Shown piece after piece: positions 47,290 through 60,783 of a stretch of 64,000 nucleotides of DNA; the stretch's first letter is position 1, and every line of letters starts with the position of its first letter. The notes beneath the pieces were generated by a model, which had not been told where the DNA came from, made no database searches, and saw nothing but the letters and a program-made list of their open reading frames with translations. This stretch comes from Neoechinorhynchus agilis (Eukaryota > Animalia > Acanthocephala). The position numbers were made by a program, and so were the translations under genes. Location: NCBI GenBank assembly GCA_051530055.1, contig CM121341.1, positions 14,052,784 through 14,116,783 of the forward strand, read 5' to 3'.

Positions 47290-49815
47290 AAAGGTAGCGG
47301 GGAGGAGAGCGAGGAAATGAGATGGTTGAGCTCGTCCATGGTTGTGGAGAGGTAGAGAGAGGGAGATGTGATGGTAATGACTCTGAGGTCATCTGCATAG
47401 AGAAAATATTTGGCAGAGGGAGCGAGGTGATGGAGGTCACTTGGAAAAATGTCAAAGAGGAGAGGGGAAAGTATGGCGCCTTGGGGGACCCCTTTAAATA
47501 TGGGCAGAGATGAGGAACAAGAAGTTCCACATTGGATATATTGTTCGCGGTTGGAGAGCAAAGAGGAAATCCAAGCGAGTTGCCAAGTTGAGGGGCCAAA
47601 GGAAGCACATGATTGGAGGCGAAGGGAGTGATCTACCGACTCATCCAGTTGCACAAGACGGACGGTTGGTGCTGGACTGGAATCTAAGCTGCGCACAAGC
47701 GTATTGTAGATGCAGAGGAGGGCATCAGAACAAGAGTAATTGGAACGGAAAGCGAATTGGGAAGGGGAGATGTTTTTGAGGAAGAAGGGAAGTAGGCGGG
47801 TTTTAAAACATTTTTCTAAGATTTTAGAGAAAGGTAAGAGGATAGGGATGGGACGAAAGGATGTGGGAGAAATCGGCTTATCGTTTTTGGGTAGGGGGAC
47901 GACACGGGCTTCCTTTAAGACTCGATGGGAAAGAGCATAGTAGAAAGCTAAGGTTCGTTAAGTGCGTTAGAGGATCGATAAGTTCCGTTATGATGAAACG
48001 ACTGGCCCAATTTGGGATAGTCGAATTAGGGGAAGAATGACGGGGCAGGCGTTTAAGGATCCCTAGGATTTCGAGAGGGGAAACTAAGGAAGGGCATGTA
48101 TGAATGGGCGGGTCAAAAAGTGAGAAGGGAGGTTGGGACAATGGATGGGAAATTTGGGGAGGACAGAGATGCGAAGGGGGTGGATCTACCAATACCAGTG
48201 ACTTTTTTTATTTCACGTCAGCAGTTTCGATTGGGAACGGACGAGAGGCGAGATGAGAGAAATAATTTGTGGGCTATACGGATGCGTTTTGTCAGTGTGG
48301 AATGGAGGGAGGGGTAAGCAGGATAACCTGACCGGAAAGCTTTGGCGACCTGAATTTGAAGAGTTTTTAGAAAAGGCGAGAACAATGGAGGGTCGCGGTT
48401 CGAGATTCGTATTGTTTTGCGGGGAAAGGAGGCCTTCATCGCAGATTCTATTAGATTTAACAAAGAACCCATTGCAATCGAGGGGGGCCGGTGGCGGTTT
48501 TGCGTCATAAGAAAATTGACACGTGCAGCAAAGGATTGGGTATGATGATCACGCTTATCCAAGACAACGTAGGGGGCGGAAAAGGAACGTTTTGGAGGTG
48601 ATGTGGGGGAGAGAAGGATGGAAAAATGGTCAGACGAGGCGATCGGGAGAAGTTTGGTAGTGCACGAGTATTGCCTGATGTTTGAGAAAATTTTATCAAG
48701 GCGGGAGGAGAAGTGTGTAGGGAAGTAACGAGTTGAGAGCGATGAGAAAGCGAGGGCGGGATCGACAAATTGTTAAAATCGCCCAATATGATGAAGTGAT
48801 CTGAGGAAGTGGAAAGTAGGTCAGTAAATAGGTGGTCTATTTGTTGAAGATAGTTGGGGAACTTTGAGGAAGGAGGGCGATAAAGCCCAGTGATAGAGAT
48901 CTCACGTTGGATATTGCGGAGGGGGAGATGAAGTTGGATGTGTAGCCATTCAAAGTCGTCGGAGATGAAAAAGTAGGGTGAAGAGCAATGTTAAGGGAGA
49001 GAGGCGCGGATGAAGATCGATATGCCTCCCCGTATCGGAAGTCCTTTGTGAGGTGAAAAGCTTGAACGTTTGGAAGGAAGGCAGATAATTTGCTATGGGG
49101 TGAGAGCCACGTTTCCGTAATTACAAGGATGTCGGCGTTGCAAGAAGAGGCAACTACATGGAGCTCATCCACTTTGGGGAGGAGGCTGCGGATGTTAGAA
49201 TAAAAGATTATTGGAAAGGGATGTTTAGAAGGGACATGAGGGGTGGACACTGACGGAGGGGGTTGAAGCTGCGCAGAGAGAAGGGATGTGAGTTGACCGA
49301 TGGGGTAGTTCTGGGGTAAGGGATTCGTTGGTGGACACTGTAGTAAGGGGGTGATTTGAGTGTAGGGACCATAGGGGTGGGAACTGTGCATGCGGGATGA
49401 ACTCGGGGGAGAAAGAGGATATTGGGAGTCGAAGAGGTGGTGGTAAGGATGAGAGGGGTTTAGGAGGAGTTAATTTACGACGCAAGGGATGCTTAACGTA
49501 GTCGTTGAAGGATGGTAGGGGTGTGTGCTTTTTACTAGAAAATCGAGGCACAGGAGAGAAGGTGGTAGGGTTTGATGGGGCTAATGTTGAAACGTAATCG
49601 TAGAATGATAGGAGGGGTTTATGGTTTTTTCTAGCAGTACGGGGTGCTAGAAAGGAGGTGGAGGATTTATAAGATGTTGAGGAGGAAGGGAAGTTCGGTT
49701 TTAATGGTGGAGCAAAGTGAGACTTAGAGTGCAGGGACGAGGGAAAAGGGGTATGAGAGATGATAGGAACGGAATTAAGGAGGGGAGAAGATTGTTGAGT
49801 GGACGTAATCGGCAT
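47290..49815 (-). mobile_element. LINE family B, second copy (ORF1 part, APE, RT), decayed
   Basis: Near-identical to 18290-20345 (YSNIRSLLPK, ITETWLSPHSK, DALLCIY, YADD) and retains an RT N-terminal block missing from copy 1. Confidence 0.88.
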
Positions 49816-50190
49816 GCAGTATCGTGAAGGATCTCGGACGCTGGATGTTCCGATTATAAATCAGGGGCGAAGGGCGCCGTAGGCTGTGAAGAAATATTGT
49901 AGACTGCCGGATGTGCATTTTAACCTCGTCAAGTAGGGCATTCCGTTCCAGAGAGTTGAAAGCATTTTTGAAGTCCACCTTCAAGACTACGTATAGATTC
50001 GTGGACGTTTCAACGAAGTTCCCTAAGGCGTGAACGATTGCTTCGGCTCCACAAGGAGAGCGACAGCCGAGAACAGCGATGGGACGGATGCCACCTTTTC
50101 TTTTCGTTAGGGCGTAAAGGGAGGCAGAGAATAGAAGCTGAGTAGGAAACGATCCTAGATTGTGGTTAAACAAGAGATCGAACAACTTTC
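49815..50190 (-). mobile_element. CRE-like RT fragment
   Basis: KGGIRPIAV..GAEAIVHAL..LKVDFKNAFNSL. Confidence 0.8.
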
Positions 50191-50529
50191 ACAATGCTAG
50201 TTGGAATGAGATGCCACACCCAGCTGAAGTGAAGGAGACCATATCTATTTTCAAGTTTGTTTTTCCCTTCATATTGAACAAAGACAAAAAAATAAGCAAT
50301 GAAAATGTTTTAACAAATATAGGTCAATAAAGGTGAATGCAGCAAAAAACTCATTTAAGCAGTGGAAACCAACGGTCTTAAGGTAAATAGGTTGAAGACG
50401 ATATGCAGTGTGGATTTGACGATGAGAAGAACAGTGAAATATGTAGGCAGCGAAGTAAATACGACAAATTACCTCGAACCCGAAATAACTGCTCTTATAC
50501 AAAGCGGGTAGCTCAACTGGAGGAAGATG

Positions 50530-50900
50530 TATTGTGTATTATGCGACAAAAGGATCTCACCGAAACTGAAAGGCGGGTGCTCAAGACCGCGGTGCGACCA
50601 GCCATGATATATGGCGCCGAAACTTGGACGACCGAGCAAAACGACCTCAGAAGATTAGAAACGAACGAGATGAGGAGGGAGCTGCTCGACATCTGCCGCT
50701 GTTTAGAATTTATCTTCCAAAGAAGGTTGTGCCGGCACGATAAAGTTTCAAAGTGCGAAGCAGATCGCATACTGCGCAGCACGGAGAGACAGGAAATAAC
50801 GGGAAATCGCCGACGAGGAAGGACGAAGAAACGATGGGTGAATTGCATCAAACAGGATAAATTATTTGTCGAGCAAACCGCAACCTCTCGAGAGAAAAAA
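50530..50900 (+). mobile_element. RTE-clade 3' fragment
   Basis: KTAVRPAMIYGAETW...LETNEM and GNRRRGRTKKRW..CIKQD are typical RTE C-terminal motifs. Confidence 0.7.
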
Positions 50901-51789
50901 TGCGTGAGTGAAAAGGAGAAGAACGTGATCAATTTTGATAATAGGGCGTTAACAGTTCGAATGCAACGATGAATTTATGTTTGCCAACAATCAACCTGAA
51001 AGTTAATTAGGTGTACACAATTGTAGGAACCAGCAGGCTTCATCGTCAATCTATTGCGTACGACTGTTTTGATTCCTGCTTGTAATTATTCCATCCATGA
51101 ATCTCAGGATATCTGTTTTCTTTACAAATATACTCCAATTTTCATGCTGCTGGTCAATAAATGAAGAATGTTCGCTATGCTGTGTCAACCAGCCGTTATT
51201 TAAGGAATCCCGGAATCCATCACGACTATCGACCTCAAACGAATTTCTTTGACTGTCACAATTGGCTGACTGTCGGGCACTATCTTGTGCTTCTGCTACA
51301 CTATCGCCCTCTGAAATCGCATTCAACTGAATTTGTCGGATATACTCGTCATATTCGGTGGCTCATTCCACCACTCATAAATCTCAGCTTCCACAAGGTT
51401 ACTTTTTATTGTCCTGGAACTGGGAATACGATACTTACTCCTTCAGAGGTGGTTCCTTTGAATTTCTATTACGCGCTTGTGCGCTAGCAGCAGTTTGATC
51501 GTATTGGAGTATTCAGATTTGCTGGAAAGTGAGTATCATTTATTCCAATTCCATTATTCGTTTGTCGATTTGTACCATCATAACCCCATTGTGTGTTCAT
51601 AGTATTTTGAGTTATAATATTGTTTTGGTGCTGTAATTCAAATTGTTGCCAAATACCATTTTGTTGAAACTTTCCGTTATATATTTGTGCGTGTTGATAC
51701 CACGGATTATAGTTCATGGCAAATGTATTAGGTGGGATATGATTATAAGTTTGAGATCTAAATTGTGGTAGCTGATTGTATTCATTGGG

Positions 51790-53345
51790 CGGATACAAAT
51801 TGGGAGCAAATTGCTCCTGAGTATCATGGCTTTCGGTCGTAAACGGGTTGAGTGCAACAGGGTGACCCCTAGGCCCGATGCAATCAATCCGTTGGTGAGG
51901 TCACCAAAATAGAACTTCAACACGTGGTACCTGGACGACGGCACACTTGGAGACGACCCTCTCTGTTCTGGGTGATCTTAACCGCAACATCGAGATCAGC
52001 TCCAAGATATGCCTCGAGTTGAACAGCTCAATGTGTGAATTGCTACTCCTGAACATGGACGAAACAGAAAGCTCGCAGGTATATGAGCAATTCCAAAGTG
52101 TAGCTCCGGGCATCAAACGAATCAATATTTGTGACTTCAGTTCCGAAGGACGTAACAAATATCTTTGCCGCCCTCAGTTTGCTGTGTGAGAGATGTCCAG
52201 AGCTAGTCTCACGAAGCCGTTTTTGATTAAAAATTGCCTCTACATCCCAACGTTTTTGCACGGACTGAGATCTGCACCCGCCTTCGCGTGCAAGGATGAT
52301 CCATCGAGCCGGGATGATCTTATTCGGAATAAGCTCAGCCAGATCGTCAATATCGATTTCGGCCATTCCTCGTGGAAACAAGTGATGTTACCCTCCAACT
52401 ACGGAGGTTCAGGATTCAGACTCATGAAGGACGTCGCATTGCCGGCCTTTCTTTCTTCGATTTCGGCTAGTCGAAAGAACTCCCTTAGTATCTATCCCGA
52501 GTCCAACGAAGAGCATTTTAATAATGCTCTCGCTTTATGGACATCTAAAGTAGGACAAGACCCAATACCGTAGAAATGCTAAAAGCAGTCATCGTGGCAC
52601 CTACGGATCGTGCAGAAGGTTCACAAATCACTTCTAGACCAACTAAACGAGAGGCCACGTTCTCGGCTCATTGCTTTTTACGAAAGAGTTCGGCGCTTGG
52701 CTGGAAGCTATCCCGGCCGACGAAACATTCCGGGTAACTTTCTTTTTGAGGCTGGGTGCTCCCATCTGCTTCTCACACGAATGTCGCTGCGGCTCGCAAG
52801 TGGACGCCAAAGGATTGCATGCTCTATCATGCATTCGGTCAACTGGACGGTCGCCTAAACATGCCGAAATCAACGCGATCCTGAGTAGAGCCCTGACCTC
52901 CATCAACATTCCAAATATCTTGGAGCCGAGCAATCTGTGCAGGTCTGATGATAAGAGACCAAGTGGTTTTTCAGTCTTCCCTTGGAGCCGAGGGAAGTGC
53001 CTCTTATAGGATGCAACCTGCACCGACAGCATTGCCAAGTACTTCGCAGATTTAGCCAGTAAAGGTCCCGGCGCTGTAGCGACCGCAGCGGAGCGTCCGA
53101 AAGCGGCAAAATTCGCTGAGCTGATGGAGAGATTCCATTTAGTGCCTTTCGGGATCGAAACGTTAGGGGCTCTTGGAGAATCCGCACTTCAGCTTGTATC
53201 CGATTTAGCAAGGAGGTCGATGGCGATGACAAGGGACTCGCGTGCGACAGCATTCCTTAAAAAATATCTCCCTCGTAGTACAATGAGGGAATGCTGCCAG
53301 CGTGAGGAAAACCACGGCCCCGCAGAACATCATAAAAAACCTTGA
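51790..53345 (+). mobile_element. CRE-like element, RT domain 4 to 3' end, decayed
   Basis: GVQQGDPLGP, WYLDD, LPSNYGGSG, CRCGSQVD..GLHALSC, EPSNLCR, VPFGIETLGA. Confidence 0.85.
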
Positions 53346-53919
53346 AAATTCATTGCAAATTACATAGAATCATGGACTTTGCATTTCAAATTTACAACCG
53401 AAAATGCTTACAAAATACCTTGAACACAAAACGTAAAGGGTAAGAAATAAGGGCACTGACGTGCATGAAAAAAAGACCGATCATTTTTAAAGGAAAAAGA
53501 TTTCAACTAAGGAATAGGTTGTTTTTGCATCGCCGACAAAATTCTTCGTTTCGTCAAATGTGTTTTAATTGACTAATGTGGTCACGGCGACCAACCGACA
53601 ATGATTTAATCAGTCATGATTCTTTGAAATTAAATACAATTGCTTATTGGTCAAATATAAGTGCGATCTTACTTTCTACTACTTTATTCTCGCCGTTTGT
53701 CGATGGTTATTGTAAGAGTCACAAAATTCTTAAAGATTAGAAATTATTTGGTGCTTCTAGACTTATAAAAAATCTCATCACAGAATAATGCTTTATTAAA
53801 AATTTTACTGTTCCTTTTAACATGTGATATAGTATTGATAATTCGGCTCAGAGTAAACAGTTAGATTTAGATTCGTTGTTTCAAAATACAATTTGTAATT
53901 GTTAGTTCTTTAAAATTCA

Positions 53920-56900
53920 TTGTGAACCTAGAAGTGAAGAGGTTTCCTTACTTTTCGATTGACTCGTTGTCGCACTTGATCACTGAGATATTCTCCTTTC
54001 CCTTGTTTAAGATAAATGAACTTCAAGGAAACCTTTAAAGGATGCTTAAACAAATGTGACATCTTTTACTCGCGAGACAATGCTAAGGCATCACGACTTC
54101 CTGTAAATATAATAAAATCATGGCACCGTAAATCTCTACTTTGTAAATTGTAAAAAATATATATTCAAACACTTACATTATCGGTCTATTATAGAATTTG
54201 AAAAGTACACTGAGCATGAAATATTTTATGTTATTACTTGTGAGATTTCTAAATTCATTTGGTTTAATCGAATGCTAATTCGTTGAGAGGACTTACAATA
54301 ATTTTAAAGATGGTAGATAAACGTCGCTATCCAATACATACTCGATGAGATTATTGGAAAGGTCCAAAGTTGTAAGATTTTTTTGATTATTAAAAAGATC
54401 GAAATCAAGATGCTTTAGATTGTTGTGAGATAAGTTTCTATAAGATTTAAGGTTGTTATCCTTTATTGTAACACAATGCATGCAACAACAATAATTTATA
54501 CGGCTATTGTTTAAAACTATAGCTTTTCTACGCTAACAATTAATGGCTCGAAATCGAAGAAAAACGGAGGTTATGAATGCCGAAATTTAATGAACAACAT
54601 CATTGTAACCTTTGAAAGTCTATATCATTTCTCAAATAGGGCATTTCAATTAATTCATTCTAGATCTGACTGAAGAATTCAATAATTTTTCTGGTAGGTG
54701 AAACAATAATGTTAATTTCTTTACAATAAAGCTAAAGCGTCGATACCTAAAAAAGAAAGTGAAATATCGGAATTTTGGTTAACTCTTTTTTTTTAAGAAA
54801 AAATTGCCATTGTGGATGGCTAAACTTACAGATAAATAAGTTTGGACATTGTGGCCAATGATCGCTGCACATCTGAATCGAGTTGGTTGTTGGAGAAATC
54901 TCTATCGGAAATGGAATTGCAAAGGTAAAAAATTAGAGATGCACAGTAGAAGTACTCACATAACGATCATATTCGCTCCGAATCCATTTGAATCTACTGT
55001 TTTGAGCTCATTACCGCTCAGTCGACTAATTGGGAATCAATTCAAAAACGTGAAGGTCTAGACTTACAGTTCGACAATATAAGATTGGTACAGTAAAACA
55101 GTATGAGTAATTTGGTGGATTCGATTGCCATTTAGATCTCTGCGAAATTTGGGCTTTTGTGTTAAAGAAAAGGTTATTCTTACAGTAATTTTAGAAACGG
55201 AATTCCGTAAAGATGCGGGACGTAAGGTAATCGATTGTCAGCTAAATGTCTGAACACGATTGCTTTGCATTGTACGTCGTATACTTACATTTCTTCAATC
55301 TGATTACAAGAGTGAAACGCATTGAATTCTACGAACCAAATATCGTTTCCATTCAAATTACTTTAAATTTCTTTTTATTAAAACGAGTGCTGAAAGTATG
55401 GACCTACATAATCCGTAAATTTCTCAGACGGGTTGTCATTCCGGTCAATATGTTTTTGATTTTGTTGTACGATATGTCTCTAAATAAACCATTATCATAC
55501 TTTGTGAATCAGTCGATTTTTGAAACACGCTTTGTCCCAATAAAACTAAGGTAAAACATTAAACCTAGGCAACCTTTGAATGTCTTGAATTCTATTCGAA
55601 TGCTACAAATACCCCTAACCTTAAAATGACATGAAAAAGTTGATCGAAATTCTCCAACGGTTTTATTGACATATGGAGCATGCCTGCTACTGTCATCAAT
55701 CCAAAGTGTTCCAGTCCGTTTTCCAATGTGACGTACGATTTACGAATGATGATTTCGATATAAACTTCGAAAATCAACTTTAATGGAGTTAAATATAAAA
55801 TACAGTGTTTTCCTTGGGCAAAAACACTCTGGTGTGCGCAATGGGTTTAATCGCATTTTATGTGGAATTTTATGGAGTCAATGACTGTCCTTTAACTAAA
55901 ACTTCGCGTGCGTCTGGTCTGAGTGTTAAATAAATGAAAAACAAAAAAACAGTGTCTTCGGCACCCAAGATTTCGTCCTACTTTAAAATTCAGGCCGAAG
56001 GTAAAATGGAGCAGTGTAACCGTTTGAGAAATTCAAGATATTTTCCAAATTATTTCTGGATTAGTTTCAAATTAGAACACTTAATCATAAAATATTTTCA
56101 ATATAAATAAATTTAGGAAATTCGAATATATATACAAAATTAGGTGAGTAATTCAATCTAACTAATTTTGTCTTCACTATTTGTTTCATCCTAAACTCAA
56201 ATTTCATACACAGTTACTTTTGCACTCATTATTGCCGCTAATTCCACGTGGTTTTTAGATATCGATCTAAATTCAGAGCATTTAATGGTTCTTTTATGTT
56301 AAGCAATGGAATGAACATAGGAAGATTTCTGAACTACAGTCAGATATTAATGGATTCATTCCTCGACTTTTCTCCATTGCTGGCAGCCCACCGCATATTA
56401 AAACAAGAAATAAAAATTATGAAACGCCGTTTCTTACAGCACTCTTAAGTTTGCAAGACCTGTCCACAATCCAGTTTCTGAAAATTCTGCCAATTTATTA
56501 TGAGACAAGTTTCTAAACGTAAAATATTTAAACTAATACAATCTTTTGTTAAACTTACAATTTAACAAGTTGAGGCATAACGGTAAACGAATTTTGATCG
56601 ATTTCCCGGATCCAATTATAAGACAAATCTCTTAATACGACCTTGTTTAAGAGGCAACGGCGCCAATTTCCGAACTTACAACATGCGAAGGGAATGCAGA
56701 CCAACAAAGGATGACTTGTTAACAACAGTCAAATAATTTCTCATTAGACTGAGATGTCGTAAAGATCGTGCATTGAGAAATGTGGAGGGTTCAATGTGAA
56801 CTATAAAGTTGCCACCTAGATCCCTGGAAGCGCAGTATTTAAATTGCAAATCAAGAGATTATAACGACGCTTAAAATTTTCAAAGCAAAATCTTTTGTCA

Positions 56901-58799
56901 GAATTCGTTGAATAGCCAAAACAGGGTTTCTTTAGTGCTACTGATTTTGCTTTGAAGACATAAAGCGAACAGAAATATTCAATAAAATGTTCAGAGAAAT
57001 ACAATTTCCTCAAGCAGATCATATTTCCGAAGGCTTTAAATGATAAAGATATAACATTGCAGTTATAAAGATTTAATTTCTCGAGTCCTCGGAATTCCAT
57101 TAACCCATTTGTCAGATCTTTTATTGAATTGTGGGACAAATCTCTAAATTTCGATGTTTAAATTTTAGTCACTTCCAGGTTGACTGACAATACTCTAATC
57201 CTTCTGAGTTTGTCTGATATACGAACAAGGGACCTAACTCTTGTCTTGTGAACATTCCTAAATGCTTAACAATTTGTAAAATGTTTACCTTTGTTGTAAT
57301 TATTTACAAACTGCGGAGTTCACCACACAACTGAAAGCATCTTCGTGTCAATTTTATTTGTGTTTCACTGATGTCTCTAAATTGAGTTTATACTTTGAAT
57401 TTGTGCATAAAACAAATTTCGCTTTAATGTTTAGAATATCATTGATAAATGTTGGGAGATCGAAAATCATCGTGTTTAAGGGGGGGCTTAGACTAGAATT
57501 GGAAAGTTGTTAAGTAAAAGAAAATTGTTTTTATCATGGATCTCAAATTTGCACTTTAACTAATGTCAGTTCGCATGAATCCATTATGTTTCCTACTATT
57601 CATATTAATATCTTTATTTTCTGCCAAAAAACGTATCCTAGTAAATCCGAAATTCTTGTTCCATTAAAGATTTAGCTGATTTTATGCATGAAAAGATACA
57701 CGGGTGATTTTTTATTTGTTTTCTTTAGCTAGAAAACCCATTGATTTGAACCTTTGCAGAATCTCTCGCCGGTTAATATCCTAAACGATTACTTTTACCC
57801 GAAAAAAACAGATCGAGCTTTTTGTTAGAATTGGTCAGTTTTAAGCAGGTTTAAATACATAAAATTACAAACAGAATTCTGAGTTTTTTTAAATGAAAGA
57901 TAGAATTGCATATCTGTCGAATCGGATTATTGCTCAAATACCTAAAATTCTCAAACGATGTTCGCAGAAGACCAAAAAGATAACTTACAATTGCTTTAAT
58001 TCCGGTAATTCCAAGAATGCCGTGCGACTTACAGATTCAATCATATTATGTCGTAAATTCCTAAAATAAGCGACAAATATTTCAAAGTTAAAATATTTTG
58101 CAGCTGCAGTTGTGGTGATCATAATCAACCGGACTGGGGGATTATTACCACATCTCCAACTCTATCATCCCGAAGGATTTTCTCTTACAGCATCCGTATA
58201 CAACGATTGATCGACCCGAAATCATGCTCGAAAATAATTTGGATTTGATTATGTGACAGATCACTAAAATAAGCACCGGTTGCATTATATTTCTTCGCGA
58301 AATGGCTTTAAAATAAGATTTTAATTCCAATTATTTCTACTTCTTTATAATGGTTTTTTTTATAAAAATAATGTCTTTAAGAGGGCATACTAAACTTTAC
58401 TTACAGATAAGCCAGTCGAGGTAAACAATCAAAATTGACATTGTAGATATTTTTTATTTGATTATAACTCGCGTTTCTAAATTCAACGTTAAAATAAAAA
58501 TTGACAGATTTTCGTCCAAGACCAACAGAAATAAAATATAATCCGCGTTGCCGCAAACTCTTTTGACAGTTAAATGATTCGACCTTAAAAAGGTAAAAAT
58601 CAACAATAAAAAAATAATCTTACATGTAAAGAACTTTTGTTGCATTCGTGCTGCTTAGACGACAGTTTAGTATAGAAGCGTTTATATGTTGAATTTTGCA
58701 GGATTCCCAAATTAGTAAGAAGCGACGAATATGACTACTCATTACGGGTACAATACCGATTAAAAGTGATATTAAGGCACAAAGATTAATGGTTGACAT
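53920..58799 (-). CDS. Multi-exon leucine-rich-repeat protein with an N-terminal signal peptide; 3' limit approximate
   Basis: First exon MSTINLCALISLLIGIVPVMSS. Many about 72-nt exons each encode one LRR (NLRHNMIESV, DLSYNWIREI, DLNGNRIHQI, DFSNNQL, NLSHNNLKHL, NLTSNNIKYF). Integrity of all exons was not verified. Confidence 0.7.
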
Positions 58800-59458
58800 T
58801 CTGAAAAATGTGTCGCTCAGTGCACTTTTTCCTTTGCTTATTCAAAAGACGAAAATGTTCGTTCGTGCATAGAGATTCGAATTCATCATCTACGTTTAAA
58901 GAGAACAGCGAACTCAAATCGGTTTGGAGATAAAAAGATACCCATTCTGCGATATTAAATAATTTATTTTAATCTTCTATTAATGTGTTCGATTATTGTC
59001 ATGCGATAAGACATTTGATAGCTTAAGTATTTGCATTGATTTCCAATCTCAACACTTTGAGCACTTCATTTCCTTTAAAAGAAATCGATAAAGAACCTTT
59101 TTCTCCCTTTTAATTTAAAAAACAAAAAATATAAAATTTTGGTAAAATCGGAATATCTTAAGCGATTAAGAATATTGTCTAATCACGAAAATTAAATGGA
59201 AAGCGCAACTGTGATACTACGAAAAAACCTAATATTGCGACCTAAGAACATCGGCGTAGTGCCATCAAAACGACATTTGATAAAAGTTGAGCTTTTTTAA
59301 GAAATTCCGAATATACATTTGTGATTACTCAATAATATTCATTTCTCAGACGCTCTTCAGTTTCGTAATTTTGGCCTTTCCATCTTGACAAAGTGACGAT
59401 AGCATCTCCAAAAGATCGTTTTTCTTATGCGGAGCGGTGGTGTGAATGATTTCATGAC

Positions 59459-60010
59459 AACAAAACGTTTAAACAATCACCATCGTCCACGAAGAAGAGC
59501 TATCGCTTTCCCCTCTGTGGTCGCGACCACACTCGCTGCGTTTCCTCTTTGGATCGCGAGACCAATGTTTTAGCGCAGGAAGACACCAGCTCTCGTATTT
59601 CCTGTCGTGACATGGCACATTATTAAAAATTAAAATTGACAAATAAACGAAAATAAAGCCCCAAAACAGAGAATTGAATCGATGTTTGTCAAAAAGAAGC
59701 TTAGTCAATGCTCCCTCATATGGCAGTAATAAATCAAAATAAAAATCGATCTAATAAATAAAATACAAAACGAAAACAAAACGAGGACGTTACGTAGCAA
59801 AACAACAACCATTCTTCCATGTGATAATCAGCCAGTTTGGTGTATACTTTTCAGCGGGATATTAAGATTTTTTCGCTACCAATAGTTCATTGTTTAATGA
59901 TATTGGTTTCGCGATTCAAGGAGAAAGTGCAGCGAGTGTGGTCGCGACTACCGAGGAACGAACGATGCCTCTTCTTCGTGGACGGTGATGATTGTTTAAA
60001 CGTTTTGTTA
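59459..60010. mobile_element. Two head-to-head CRE-like 3'-end fragments forming an imperfect inverted repeat
   Basis: 59459-59630 (-) NIGLAIQRGNAASVVAT and 59895-60010 (+) DIGFAIQGESAASVVAT share the UTR ttgtttaaacgttttgtt. Confidence 0.7.
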
Positions 60011-60074
60011 TTGCGTGTGTAAATGAAAAAATAATATGTTTGAGATATGGGAATTTGAGGTAAGAATTAATTTA

Positions 60075-60122
60075 TTGAATTGAATATTTCGATCCAAACT
60101 AGGATCTTCTTCAGCAATTCAA
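60075..60122 (-). ncRNA. Minimal hammerhead ribozyme (Penelope pLTR) with all stems intact
   Basis: ttgaattg-CTGAAGA-A-GATCC-tagttt-GGATC-GAA-ATAT-T-caattcaa: 8-bp stem I, 5-bp stem II, palindromic stem III. Confidence 0.8.
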
Positions 60123-60783
60123 AAAGAGAGCGGCAGGGAATGTCAAAAACTATCACACGTTGATCTTATCGGGTGGAATCCGAAGCTTCAATCTGTAATC
60201 CGGCTTGTTTCCATCAAAAATGGATGACGACTTTATATACACAGCTTCCATGACCACACGACTGAATCGATCGTGACTTCGTAATAACACTTGTGTGTTA
60301 TCAAAATCGATATGATGTCCAGTATTCACAACGTGTGAGACCACTGCAGAACTCAAGTCATTCTTTCTATTTATCGATCGCCTGTGCTCCTGAATTCTCC
60401 TATTTAGATCGTTCGTTTGTCCGATGTAGACCTGATTACATTCACTACATGGGATCTTATATACTGATCCAGATTGAGGCTCGCCTTTTTGTTGGGACAA
60501 AGCAGTGGATGCGACTATGACCAAAAAGATGGCTTGGCAATGAGAAGTCCTCTATCTCCTATCTTAGCTGAGTTATATATGAGGCAATGGGAATCTGATT
60601 TCCTAAAGGCCATCCCTGGGATCGCATTCTGGGTTAGATATGTGGACGATACCTTCATATTGCTAGACTCTTCTGTCTTGTCTCCTGAGGAGCTTCACAA
60701 TCAGCTGAATGGTAAGGACGAACACATACAGTGGACAATGGACATTGAAGAACGAGGATATTTTTCGTTTCTCGATGTATAAA

